From: Stylophora pistillata
Lineage: Eukaryota
Assembly (NCBI RefSeq): GCF_002571385.2
Contig: NW_019217786.1
Span: forward strand, 989,676-1,053,675
Reading direction: 5' to 3'
DNA: 64,000 nucleotides
The stretch's first letter is position 1, and every line of letters begins with the position of its first letter. Below are positions 47,501 to 62,069 of this stretch, piece by piece. The notes under the pieces were generated by a model. It saw only the letters and a program-made list of their open reading frames with translations, did not search any database and was not told the origin of the DNA. The translations under genes were made by a program, and so were the position numbers.

Positions 47501-50500
47501 TTGGCCCTTTATTTTGTGCTAAATATATTTTATTAGACGTTTTGTTGTGTAGTATCGCTGAGTATTTTTACGACAANNNNNNNNNNNNNNNNNAAAAATG
47601 GTAAACACCACTCGTACCTACAATTTCCCATTTCAAAAACGAGTGGAGCCACTCGTTTTTGAAATGAGGAATTCAACTCTTCGCTTGCTCGATGCGAGAA
47701 AATCTGTTTAACGGGTACTCTAGAGTACAAATACCGCGTGATATTTGTACTCGTCTATGGCGTTATTTGTACTCCACGAAGTGTAGTTGGATAATAATGA
47801 TCACTATTCGTTCCTTACGAGTGAAAACTGCGTGAACTTAAAACTGGAAACAAAATGGCCGGCGTAAGCTCGCGTTATTCGCTAGCCTAGTTATTTAGAA
47901 GATATTTTTCCGATAGGGAAAGCTTAAGAAATCTTCAAAACCTTTTCATAAGGTTGTTCAGTTTTCATCTTGATTATCCTTAATGTACGAAACTTAAAAT
48001 TTTTAAACTTCCTTACAGGAACAATTTACCGAAATACGAATGATTCGTTCTGTAGCCTTGTTTGCCTGACAAGACTAATTCCTTACCGGAATAAAGCTTT
48101 TCATGGCACTACGAAAATATCACAAAATCTTAAAATAATGCAACACTTTCCTTACTCAGAGTCGCTTTTGATGGGCACCTTTGAACGACGCCACAAGATA
48201 AAAAGCCCTCAGTCTTCCGCACTCCTTTCACTTAACACTTTGTGAAAATTTTGCCGTCAAAAGTTGTGAATCTCCACATCTCACCGTTACTGGTGGAAAA
48301 TTAATCGAATTCCAACAACAATTGTCCAAAGTTCGATGTCCACCGTAGTGTCCTCGGGGCCTCCCATGACCACTGATTTTTATCAATAAACTGTAACTTC
48401 AAATGTTAGCCCAATTCTTTTCTCAAGCAGACCATTGATTTCTGTTTTGGATGAGTCTCTTGTGAATGACTCCTTCAAAATCTCTTGAGGAAACATTATA
48501 CAAACTGTTACCATTTTGATTGCGCGCAAAATGTTTACCTTATTTTATGGAATAATAAAAATATCACTGAGAAAATATAGGAAAGCATCACACCTGCCAT
48601 GGCGTGTGATCAGCGCGCGCTCCTGCAAGAATGGCGGCTTTCTCTTTAAGGCCAAACCTCGCCATAGAGGAAAGTCATCAATTTATCGACAATAAGTTTT
48701 GTGACCTATCATTATTTTTCTTAGCTTAGCAATAGTTACATTTAAACGGAGCACTTCTCAGTTCAAAATGAGAAACAATCGGTGTANGCTTTTGTAATCG
48801 TTACGGTGGCCAATTTCCCATTTCAACTTTGTTGATATATCCAAATTATTGTCCAACTTCATTTATTTCCAGAGAAAGATGCACATTCAATACACTCTTC
48901 ACTATCAATGCTTCGATTTTTCAATGCTTTCGACTCTTACGCTTCTTTTGTGCTTAGCAACCTCTCGCGTGCATCCATAACTCAATAGTGTACGCTGTGG
49001 TGTTTACCATTTGTTAATTCCAAAACATTGTGTTGTTGTTATCTTGCGTCAGGCTTCACATACAGTTGATGGATCTCCAACAAAAGCAAATCAATTCGTT
49101 GGGTGACTGGCTGGCTGTGGCCGAAAAGCGAATCGAGAGTTCGGAAAACATTGGCTCTGATCTGGACACCGTGAAACGCCAGGTGGAAAACCACAAGGTA
49201 CAAGATTCACTTTCTGTTAAATTGCTACGGTTCATTTTTTATTTGTAGTATTACAATACATAATATGAATGTCTGTACAGCGCTTATTATATTCATGGGA
49301 TCTTAAGTATAAGAAATGAGTTTCTGTCATTTTGCAAAATCTTAGCCTATAAGTGTTCCCTCATTATCAGCGGTACGGCACAAGCATTTGTTCTTCCGTG
49401 AGAAAGTTTGAGGCCCTGACCGATGCGAGCTGTCGAGAGTTCTGCAAAGGGTTTGGTTATATCTCGTAATAATTTTTCCCCGACCCAAGCGTTCTTCTGG
49501 GTGATAGCCTATATATTCTGCATCAATAGATAGTTGCTGTCATGAATCCCTCCTTCTCTTTCCTTCGTAATCGCGCAGAATTGGCATAATTCGAAAGGGT
49601 ACTAGTGACGCGGCTCCAAACAGGAAAAACATGTTGATGACTCGTCAATTTACATTTTTCAGCATACACAAGGCAAGCATTTTTAAGTTCGACGCTCCGC
49701 TCCGTAAACTCGTCAAAGATTCGGAATCTTAGCACTCGTAATCAATATTGTATGAATTGAAATTAGTTTTGCCCGTATATGGCAAACCGTTCCCCCAGCT
49801 ACGAAGGCTATTGACTGACATTCCATTTGTTGGTTTTAACCTTGTTGGGTCACAGAGTTTTTCCAGGAAGACCTCGAGAAGCAGCAGGTGCAGGTGAACT
49901 CACTGACGCACATGGTTGTTGTAGTTGATGAGAGCTCCAATGAGAGTGCTACCGCCGACCTGGAGGAACAGTTGGCGGTTCTTGGGGAGCGCTGGTCAAA
50001 CGTTTGCAAGTGGACAGAGCAGAGGTGATAAAATCTTAATTAAGATTCTGTGTGTTGATCTTTGGTAATATCTTCTCTCCGCTCGCTCGAAGTCTCTCGT
50101 CCCGGATTCGCTATGCTGAAGTTTTCTCATCCATTTGTATCTGTAAGGAAAGCGATCCTGTAAATGTACCCAAGTAAAACGATGGACTATCCTAAATGGA
50201 GCTATACACGCATCAAGTCCCTTGTGGCTTATCAACAGATGATCTCTGCGGTTAGCTTGTCACGCAGTCTCTTACATCTTATCCCCGATTTTTGAAGGAT
50301 TGTTTGCGTGACGCGCCAAACGAAATTGTCTTGTCCAATCAATGTGACGTTTGCAGTCATTCGATAGTCTGAAGATCTAAGTATCAATACTCTTCCGTCA
50401 CTGTCTGCCACACGTTTCTTTTATATGTAAACCTAGCTCTGAGAATGTGGCTTTAAAGCAGACAAAATCTCCCAGTCGATAAATTTTTTTTCTACTCGTC

Positions 50501-53500
50501 ATCTTTGACATCTTTTTGCTTGAAAATTTAATGATATTTAAAGGGGAAATTCCTTGTTACATGCTAGGTGGTCTATGTTGCAAGAAGTGTTGAAGAGCTG
50601 GCAAGAGTACAGAGACGAAGAAAGGAGGTTGTCCAAGTGGCTGAAAGAAAAGGAATCACAGATTGAAGATATCAAGCATATTGACTTAGGCGATAGCGAT
50701 GTGGTAAAGAAAACGGTCAAAATGTTAATGGTTAGTATTATGTGTGTGGTCTGGGTGACCTTCCTCTTGTTCAAAATATGCAGCATGCCCTCTTGTTGTG
50801 GTTTTTTCAGTCTCAAGCAATCCAATGTGATCCAAGTATGATCCATGGGTTTGACTTTAATTTGGAGGTCTGCGATTCCGTGGCCATGGTACTATTGAAG
50901 TTCGGCAGTATTTGATATCTGCCAAAATTTACCTTCACTTTCATTTCCGGCAGTAATCGTTGATGCTGGAAATTTGTTTTTGTCTTCAGTCGCTGTGAAC
51001 ATCGTGTAACCAGTTTTATTCATTATCATTTCTATTTTGCACAGAGTTTAGAGCAAGAAATGGAAGCACAACAGGCTACGTTTGGAACTTTTAATCTTGC
51101 TGCCGAGAAAGTCGCCGAAAACTTAGACGAAGACTCGCCTGGAGTCACCGAGATTCAAGACAAAATGGAAGAGTTTAATGACAGATGGAACAAAATTACC
51201 ACAGAGGTTTCCAGTAGAATATCCTTGGTAAGAAATGGTGTGGCACTCATCGAATATTAATCAAAATAATTACGCTCACGGGTGTTTCGTCTGGCTTTCT
51301 CTTGTTTGACCCTTTCACTCCCAAGCTCTTAATAGTTATTCCCCTCACTGTCTACCTTAGAACTCTTATGATGTTTGTTTGGAGAATTTGGTATTGGATC
51401 AACTAATATTCCTCTGATTGATATTTTTCTGTATTCTCACCACTTGTCGCTTAATATTGTATCGATTGTAAGGAGAAATTCTGTCTTGGTCACTCCCGGG
51501 AGTCAAAGGGTTAAAACTCAAAATGCCAAATGATTTTTGAAGTAAAACTTCATAGATAATCTGGGTAATTGAAACGAGGACCTCCCGTGTGACCTTTCGG
51601 TCGTGTTCTTTGAAAACACAACAGCTTGCACATAACAACCTAAACGAAAGGATCTTTAAAATGACCAGTGGGGGAACCAGACCTTGAGTTAAGCTGTGTG
51701 TACACCTGCCTGCTTTTCTTCCTTCTGCGTTTATTATTTTTTTTTACCCAAAATCAGGGAGGAGTGGGGTGGCCTCCCAGGTCCCCTCCCCTAGATCCAC
51801 CACTGATGACAATGGATATACATGCGCTTTGAAGATTCAAGCCGATTGGGGATTTCACTATTTAAAGATCTTGTTTAGCCATGTCGTGTCTATCGTTGGG
51901 ACTGCTTCATTTCTCACGCCCCATCCATTGCACCTAACAAGAGAATTTTATGCTAAATAAGATTTTGTGTCTGTAGCTGGAAGGTATGGACGTAAAACTG
52001 CAGCATTTTCTGTCCGACTTGGTTGATAAAAGTCAATGGATCACAGATACAGAGACTCTGCTTAAGTCTCCCGCTTTTAGTCTGGATGACGAAAACATCT
52101 CCAGTGAAAAAGTGGCTCAACAGAACGACCTAATTGAGGTAATAGATAAAAAATAGACGAGGCGTTTTGAGTTTGGTCGTTGAATGGAGAAAGATTCTCT
52201 TTATTTGTTTCAAACGAAGAACATAGGACATATTATCCCTACGCTAAATTTGTTGATCAATCACCATTCTTCTATGCTACAAGTATATACTGCAAAGGAC
52301 GATAGCATTCTGGGCGATTGAGTAATTGGTGAGGTCTCTAACATGAGATCTTTGTTAACTAGGCTTGTGTGCTCTGTTTAGCGGTCTGATTTGTTAGAGA
52401 GAACTCGCTGGGGACACATGCTATGTTCACATTTGACAGGTGTTCTGTGTGATGCAAAGATCTGCAGTGATGTAATCGGCTTAGATCTGGTCTTAGTTGC
52501 ATTATTCATTGAAGTCTAAACTGGAAAAAGAATTGCGTGAAGTAGACGGATTACATGTCTCTCGCGTCCATGATTTTGATGTATTTTTGAGAAGAGTTTT
52601 CCTTTGCCTTCACAGACTCTTGACAACGGTAGAAGACAGAGGAAATCAAGTGTGACTACCGTACAGAAAAAGGGAGAAGAGTTAATCGAGTACTGCCGTA
52701 GTCAAGGCAACATACCAGTGTCACTTGAACAGTCGCTTAGCAACTTCACCGACCGCTGGAATACCGTTAGTAGCTTGATTGATGATCGTAGGCACAAAGC
52801 TCTGCTGGCGCGTCGAAGGCGGGAGGTACAAGACTTGATGATAACTCTAGAAGCAGTGATCAAGGATGTGGAGAGAGTCATTAACAAGTTCAGTACTGAA
52901 GTCCCTGAGAATGAGTATGAGATGAAATCACAACTGGAGTTATGTAAGGTGAGTGGGTGGAATGGAATCAAATCCTTTATAGCTCACCTCCTCTCTTCTG
53001 GTTCCAATCTTCAATGGTCGATTACCAGCTTTCTGAACTCAGTTCTCTTAATTCCAAATGATTTTCCTTTTAAAAACAATGTAGTCATCCACACTGGGTT
53101 GCAGAAGACCCGACTAAGCAAACGTGAGAGTTGACACGAACATAAACTGTTCCACTGTAGATAAAACTCGAGGAAATGTCCACCAATGAGGTCTCCATGA
53201 TCAAAGTGCGTGAACTGTCGCGGACACTGAGTAAAGAGGACAGACACACCCCACACCTCCAGTCTGGAGTGAAACGACTGGATGACCGCTGGACAAAAGC
53301 ACAGGCGACGCTAGAAGATAGACAGAGACAGCTGACGGCCGCACTGGAGTCTGGGCCTCCAAAGCAGTTCCTCAGCACAATGGATACCGTCCTGCTGAAG
53401 ATCAAGAGCATGGAGTCTCAACTTGGCTCGGAGTTTCTTATTTCTGATACAGCTTCTCTTGAGGAACAGTTACAGAAGTACAAGGTGGGTAGGAGTGTCA

Positions 53501-56500
53501 TGATTAATTTATGTCTTTAGAGAAGTGTCATTTAATGTGTGGCTAGCGTCAGAGGTTTGCAATGAGTTCAGCAGAAAGCCACTCAACTCCCTGAGCGCAG
53601 GGCTGAAAATGTTTTCTGCGAATTTAAGATATGTTAGCTGCAAAACGAGGGACGAGTGCACGAGGTCGGGTGTTATGGATATGAAGAAAAGGAAGAAAAA
53701 TCATAGAAAAGCTTTACAAAGCACTTAAACTACGGGCCAGTATTTCTACCTTGTAACAAGACATATCTCACGCTATGAATTGCAAGGGAGCCTCAACAAA
53801 GTTATTTATCTTCCTAAAGATTCGTATCCCATGTTGTCGTTTGTAACAACTAATGTAGTTGTTTTTCTACAGCCTGCAATGTTCTTTGGGCTGAAAGCTT
53901 CGTTGGTAAGAAGTATTAATTTTTCTCTTCAACAGCAATTGCAAGCAAACATGGTTGAACAGCAAGGGAACATGGACTATCTCAACAGCACTGGAGACAA
54001 GTTTGTGAAGTCTCTTCCCCGACAGCGATCAGAACAGCTTAGGATGAAGCTTGCAGACTTAAATGATAAATGGAGAGACATCAATCTTCATGCTGAGAAG
54101 CGACAAAACCAGGTAAGAAAGCCCTTTTACTCCGAACTTCGTGTAAAAGATTCTAGAAAGTTTCCTTTTTATTATTGATTTTAGTTTCAGAAAACGCTTC
54201 TGACGAGCTGTCATTAGTTGACAGGTATTATGAAGGAAAATTATAATGTTTTCCTCCGATTTTGCCAGAAATACGAAAGTCTTTGGATGGTGTTAAGGGA
54301 AAGTTCCTGGTTGTTGTAACAAAGTTTCTTTGTCAGGTTGGAAAGGCCGTCAACCAAACTCGACAATTTACGGAAGAGATCCGAGGATTGTTTAAATGGC
54401 TGACGGACGCCAATGATTTCCTCAAGGATCAGGAATCTGCTGCTGGTGACCCGGAAACATTGGAGGCTCAGCTGGACCAGAGCGAGGTCAGTTCACTTAG
54501 CTTTGGAGACAAATTTTTCCTTACCTTCACTCTTACTTAGTTCTCAAGAAAAATACTTGAACTTTATTCGTTAATGATGTGGATAACCAGATCATCACAG
54601 AAAGCTTCTCTTTGTCTCAATGTTTCTGTTACCCCAATATTGTTTCACAGGCCTTGCAAGGCGATGTGACTAAACTTCAGCGCAAATTGGACTCTTTGAA
54701 TGAAACTGGAACATACATGATAAGCAAAGCTTCACCAGCGTATGCCGATAAACTCAAAAATGAATTGGATGAACTAAACGGGCGCTGGGACGAGCTGGTG
54801 CGTGTGTCGCTCAGGGTGAAGGATAACTTAGTGGCAGCTTTGGAGAAATATCAAAAGTTGACTCACGACATGAAGGAGATCAGCCATTGGATCATGCAGG
54901 TGGAGAGGTCTATTGTTGATGATGAGGGGGAGATCACGAGTGGTGGAATCTCCAAGGAGAAGATGGACCATTATAAGGTAGGAATACGTGTCCAAGAAGA
55001 ACTGGATGCCTGGGTGAGGGATCATGTTACTCGATTTTTATGTATTAAAGAAAACGTTTTATCTCCTGAACGGGAATATATTCGTTACATTTCTTTTTCA
55101 AAATTGGTTATTCTATGTGTGATTTGGTTTTATCAACTGAGTTGATAATGTAAACTGGCCACTGTAAATAGTTTCAAAACTGACGTTCCGAGCGTTAGCT
55201 CTTCGTCATTCGCTCCGACGAAGGGCTAACGCTCGAAACGTCAGCTTTGAAACCCTGTACGGTAGCCAATTTACATTACCTGTTACCCCTACCGACGCAG
55301 CACCACAGTTATTTTAGCAACTTGCCGCCTTTATTCTATGGGTATATAAGAAGTTTCTTTTTTTGTATCGCAAGTTTATAAAAGAGTCTTCGACTAATTA
55401 ATACCTAAATTTGTGGCACAATACTTTTTTACAGGAACTACAACAAGATATATCGAAGCGTGCGCCAGTAGTTGTTCGAATCAACACGACTGGAAATCAA
55501 TTAGTTGACCGCACAAAACAGGGAAGCCCCGCCCTCCTTAAAGAAAACTTGAAAAAGCTGAATGGCGATTGGAACCGACTGAAGACAAAGGTTGCACAGC
55601 GGCAACACGAGTTCAAGCAGACTCAGTTAGAACTGGAGCAGTTTCATGTGTTGATTGAGCGAGACAAGAAGCTGATCGGTGAACTGGATCGAGTGGTGGA
55701 GAAGAGTTATCATGTGCTCGAAGGAACTGAAACCGAACTTGAAGAAGCTCTGAGGGTAAGCTTCTGAAAGATTCTGAACTAAAAATATGAACTGCAAAGG
55801 AACAGAGGGTCAGTAAACAGGATTCAACTAATACATGTGGTTGACGTATTGGCCCAATGGTCAGCGCAATTGATTCAGGATCGTAAGACCTTGAAGGCCT
55901 TGATTGTGTTGTTTTGTTGGTCCAAACGCTTGATATTATAAAGACTAGCAGTGCTTTCCCTCGCCCGAAGGTTGTTAATTCGGAACAAACTGTCGGAGAA
56001 ACCTGCCCCAGGGCTGGGCGATCAATTATGGTTTTGACTAACATCCCACCAGGGGTAGTGACAATACTCAAGGGAGTCCTGACAGTAGTCCTAGTCGCTT
56101 CATGCCACAGAATCCTTGATAAGCTCCGGAGGTGACGGGTGATTGAAATGTTGCCAATGTTAGTTGTCTTATGTCTTTTATAAGCCACTTGTAAGTCGTG
56201 ATGTCCTAAACGATTTTGCCGACATAACGATATTTAGATTTAGATTTAGATATATAACTTTTCAGTGTACCTCTGTTTTTCTCTTTTTAGAATCTAAATC
56301 GTCATTTTGCGGCCATCAAGGAAAGCGGTCCAGGCTCAGTATCAGAACTCGCCAGGCAGCTGACGAGTAAAAGAATCGCTGTAAATGTGATCAGAAAAAA
56401 TATGGACGAGTATGAGGTGAGATAAGTACTTATTACTTTGTAAAAGCGACTCTTGGTTCTTGACCAAGGATCAGGTTTCCGTACATCCTTCTATTCTCTG

Positions 56501-59500
56501 ATTTAATCCTGGCTTTTTTTTTTCATTATTATCAGGATCGGTTGTCCGACATCAAAGGTAAAGTTGACAAAACACGCCAGGTTCTTGAAGGAGAAATACA
56601 GCGAAGACAACAGATGAAGAAAGACCTGGAGACAATTAGGATGTGGTTTGTGAAGATTGAAGTTCTCATTAACTCGAAACTCACCAAACACGAAGAGATG
56701 GATGAGAGGGAAATGAAGGTACGTGTAAATAACAAACTAAAACAAGAAACTGAATTACTGACGGGCTGACGGATTCATGGAGAGATAACTAGATAACTAG
56801 AATGGCGAGACAGACAGACATTCAGGTAGACATTCTATAGACAGACTATAAACAGAAAATACCAAACACACTGGCATGTTGAAAATAATGTGGTCATTCA
56901 GAATAACAGTTTACTTATCTCCCATTTAGCCGAACGAGGAAATAATCAACAGTTTTTTTTTTTTTTTTACTGAAACACTTTCGTAAATTCATTTGTTAAA
57001 TGGATTTCATGGCTGTCGTGTAAAATGCACCTCGTACAAAGTCGAAAAATTATTTTAAAATTTTACTTGAACCGTTCAGAGTCAGATCGTACATCGTGTT
57101 CCTATGATAAAGACGCGAATGATGATTATATGATGGGGGACGTTTCTTCTTTATAACAGGCTCTAGAAGAAGAGTTCGCCCTAAACCAGTCTCTAATGAA
57201 CTCAGTGGAATCAACGGCAACGGAACTCAGCAAAACCCCCAAAGGATCTGTCTACCTCAAGTTGTTAAGGGAACTGGACCAGATTAAACTTAAATGGACA
57301 ACAATCCACACTAAGTTTATAGAAGTCAAAGAGCAACCAGGAAAAAAACTCGAGGCGGAGTTTGACAAACTTCATGGTCAGACATTGACTGATTTGGATA
57401 AAATACATAGAGGTGTGAAAAAGCTAAAGTTAGAGTCCGCTGAGCCAAGGAATATCAAAAGTCTTTTGGATAAATGTATGGTAAGTTAACTGATTATTTA
57501 TTCGAGAAGGTATACTCTGAAAATGGTGATTATTGATATAATTATATATTTATTACATTATGAGTATTATTCTTTTATTTATCATTATTATATTATAATT
57601 ATTATTATTTTTATTATTATTATTATTTCTATTTTTTAGGATCGTCGTTTATCACTCGGCGTAAACATGCAGTCGCATCTGAATAACACGTTGTAGTTGT
57701 AAACAATTTAAATGTCACCCTTTGTCATGAATAGCACCGACTCTTTTTAGCTGTGCTGGTCCTGCATATAATTCTTAAAACATTCGTAAAGTAAAAATAT
57801 ATTTTGACATCGAACGTGTTAAGGCTTTTTTTCTGAACATCAGTTTGAGACTCTTGATTTGTTTTGGATGAAACTGTATTTGGCATTCAAAAAATCTGTG
57901 TGCATGACCCCAGTTCAAAATTAATCGAATAAGTAATAACTATGTACTTCCTGTTGATAAACAAGCTTTACTAGTTTCTGTGAAAATATGCAGTGCTTCT
58001 AAAGCAGTCACGAAATTGTAATTTTGGTTTAAATTTTTGTTGCCAATTGATTTTCATATCCAATTTGAACTCTCCGAGACTCGTTTTAAAGTTTATCAAG
58101 TCATCTGTTGTTTAGATTTTAAACAAAGTTTCTCATATCGCACAGGGAGAAATTATTTAATCAAGAGGACTACCTTTCATTACTTCCCGAATGCAATTTT
58201 GGTGAAGTTGTTGATAAACGCAACCTATTTTGGTTTTGAGGCGAGATCTTCAGATAATTTGAGGTTTCCATGTTTCGGGATTACAATAAGGGTGGTAAAA
58301 TGTTTGTTTTGAGATCGAGCTTTTGTAATTGTCTTGATGTAAATTAGAAGAGTAAACAATATTTTTAATATTGATTGTGTGTACAAAGGTCTCTCTGCTG
58401 GCAAATCTGAGACAGACCTTATTTACTTACAAATGCCCTGTTCTCGAAAATTTCAAACTCCACAGAGTGAAAACTAAACTCGAAAACTGGATTCCAGCCA
58501 GTTGTAATTGACTCTCTTTTGGCTCTAAATTAAAGTTCCGTTAGAATTTTAAAAATAAATTACAGCTAGTTGTTTTAAGATGACCTCCTGAAGTGATTGT
58601 TTTGAGCAAGGATATTCTCTTCTGTGGTCTTTAAAAGTTCGCAGATTTCTAATGCAGATTATTTGTGAGTACAGTTTGCGGGATCATGTTTTCGTCATTT
58701 TGTAACAAGCTGCGATCTGTAGCTGAGGTAATCATGTTTCGCGTTTTGTTCTTCCATTCTCTGTCTTTGTATTTTCCTTTTAACTCGGTGGTAAAAGCGA
58801 GCACTTCTCGAACCGTCTCACGAATTATTTTATTTCTGTAACCAACCTCTATTTTTATTTTGTTTTGATGAAGTGCGCTTCTTGCCGCGAATGTTGGTGG
58901 TAGAGTTTACTACTGAAAAACTTTAAAAACTTTTAAAATCCTGCAGTGAAGATGCAGAAACTTGTCGGAGTTTTTCGTTTTTTAAGCTAATTAGACTAAC
59001 CGTAAGTCATCTCTTTTTTTCTATTTTATACAGTTTTCTAAGGAGCTTCGGGTTAATCACGCGCGTCTCTAGGCGAGAAGGGAGATTTTTTTTCACAAAG
59101 AATTTGTGATACTCATTTCAGACAGGAAAGAAATAAATTCTTTCGTTGTATTTCTTGTTTCGTTTGCTGTTTTTCAAGTGTACGATTATATTAGAAAATT
59201 GTAGTATTTTGAGCGATTTACGCATTTCTTGTAAGCAAAACATATTTCCCTATTTTTGACCGGATGCATCTGAGCGACCTCGTATTTTGGTTTCATAGCG
59301 TTTTCTTCGTCTCAGCAACGTCGTTGAGGATAGTTCATAATGGTTGTTGTCGGTTTAACTTGGTCTTATTACAAAGTTATTCTCTCTCTCTCTAGTCCTA
59401 CAAAGATGAACTGTCCACAGTCAAGAAAGACTTGGAACAAGTCAAGAAGCTTGGCTTTCAGATTATGGAGCGTGTTCCAGAAGAAAAAAGGTCTGGGGTC

Positions 59501-61991
59501 GAAAAACGAGTGGAAGAAGTGGTACATGAACACAGAGAACTGGAGAAGAAAGTACGAAGCAAGGAAGAGGTTAGTGCATGCGCTGTAATGAAAATAAGAG
59601 TTAAAGATAGTGGGATTTTCTGTGCACTATTTTATATTAGAGGGATCAAAATATCTCTCGCTTCTTTCAGGTCGGGTCGTGTCATTGTTTGTCTGTAATA
59701 TTGAACGTACTTTACGACCCTAAATTTTGAATTCTCCGTTCGTCATCTCGCCTGTCGTTGCTCTAAGAAGTTCTCTTGCATAATAGCCTGGTTTCCGTTT
59801 GATCATGATGTAAAGGGCAAAGTTCGTTAGCGCTGTTAATTCCAGCTGTGCTTTAAACCAGTCGAGAGTTGATTTTAGCATATTACTGAGCTGACGTGGT
59901 CGAAACTATTACTCTTAACTTCTTTACCGGAGGAAAATCCTGTGGCTTCACCACGTCTGTTTTCTGTGGGAATTTATTTTCGGAAATCAGGTTTGTCTAA
60001 TGAGAAGGTGGACACGTCTAATTTACTTTAATTTGTGCGGCATTTGGTGAAAGTCTTAAATCGGGAAATAATTTGGATTGCGGTAAGTTTTGAAGAACAC
60101 GAAATCTTCTTGGACTTGTTCGTGACTTCTGGTTAGTAATCTCGTTACATTTTCAAAGCGTGAAAATCACGAGAGAGTCTTGGTTTGTTATTTTTGTGCA
60201 AGATCCGAACGGTAGGGATTACTTAGGGATTACTTGGGGATTTCTTAGCGTTCAGATTTTGTTACTTTTTCCAGTATTTTTGTAGTGGTGTAAATCTGAA
60301 TTCTATCATTTTTAATTTAACAATTCGTTCTCCACTGGACATCGAGAAATTATAATTTCTCGTTCAATTAGTTTCCTTCTATCGTGTTTTGCCACTGACA
60401 CATTTTTAAAAACCCACTAAGGGTTTCCGGGAGACCCCCCATGTAGAATCTAAGCCAACGTTTTGAATCCTTTCCGGGGGATCAAGAAACTAAAAGAAAC
60501 CTATTAACTAAAGAGCGGAAAAATAGAAAAAAAAAAAGAGAGAATCATAGAGCAAGAAATTCTGAAAATGCCGACGATCGATTTTGTTTACAATTAATTC
60601 TGTTTTTTTTTTTTTGTTATCAAAGTACCCGACATATTTTTTGTTGACTTGGTTTCCTTCATACTTTTACTATGTACGATTGCTCATGGACATTGTTTCG
60701 ACCTTGCTTTGTTTTGTTATTCATCCTTTTTAGCATAGCGATTGAAATATATTTCTTTTCTAGCAAATTTTGAGAATTTGCTCTAAGTTCATGTTTCTTT
60801 TTTTTTTTTTCCTTGTTGTAATCACCTGTTTGTCGGAACATTCGCTGATGAATTTATTTAAAACGATTCTTTCTGGGGAAGTCTGCAACAGTCGGGGGAC
60901 AAACCTCAGTTATCTGACATATTTCGATCTGCTTGGATCCTTGTGACTTGAAGATGGCAAATCATTTTATCAGCTTAAAATTTTGGTTTTATTATTTTGT
61001 GTTTAAATCTTTCTCGTCAAAGTACAGATTAATTGCCTTTCATTGGTAGTTAAATGTGATCTATTTTTGGTTCAACAAACATTGGCTTTTTCACGCCGAC
61101 TTCAACAATTATGAAATCGAAAACAAAATCTGCAGTTTATTCTTTCATTGGATTTTCATAGCGGACCCTCCCTGATCGTTACTGATAAAGCTATGACATC
61201 TGTTTTCATTCCCTTTGTATTAATTATTCCGACGGCGTCGTTGGATTGTGTGATTGCAGTCAAAATTATCGCTTGAGCTATATGTTACCAGACTTCGGCA
61301 GTAGTTAACTCATCACACTGGTTGCATTGAAATCCTCGGGAAGAATGCGGTTTTTGGTGAGATGCAAAGGTAGAAGAGTTTTGAACTGGAAAAGAGCGTG
61401 CATTTACGATTAGTCTTTAAACTTTAATATTTATTCCTACGTTTTGGATTGCGAACTCGTCAAATCAATTTCAAGCAATGTTTGAAAAGCCATTTTAAAA
61501 CTTCCCCGTATTTTCCCCTGACTTCGCCCTCTGTCGCATTTTTGATTTTAAACAAACGATCCCAATTTTCTAAATGAAGGCAGATCGTATCCAATCCAGG
61601 GATGTTCATTGATTTCTGAAAGTTGTGGTCACAAAGCCATAGTCTCCAACGAAATTCCTTGCGGTAATTTTCCTCTGTTGCAATGATCACTTTGTAGTGG
61701 TGAATATTTGTTGCTTTATTAGTCTTTTCTGTTTCTCGTTATCATGTTGTGTGGTCGTTTGTGTACCTATTTCTTACTTCACCCTTCACATTCTGAAAAT
61801 AGGAAACACAATGCATTAATGTAGATTCACAAATTGTATTCTTTTAACCACTTTCCTGTGGAAATTTCGTTATTTGTTACTGGATTTATTATGACAATGT
61901 TTTAAGTCAATCACATTTGCTGCATATTCATTTTGATAATCATTTAGTTCTCGCAAACAAGACTTTTTAAAGTCTAAAAGGATACCGGGAA

Positions 61992-62069
<78 letters not shown>

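Noticed and set aside
55613-56188. 191-aa antisense ORF within dystrophin
   Set aside because: No domain signal; it overlaps an exon and ordinary intron sequence.
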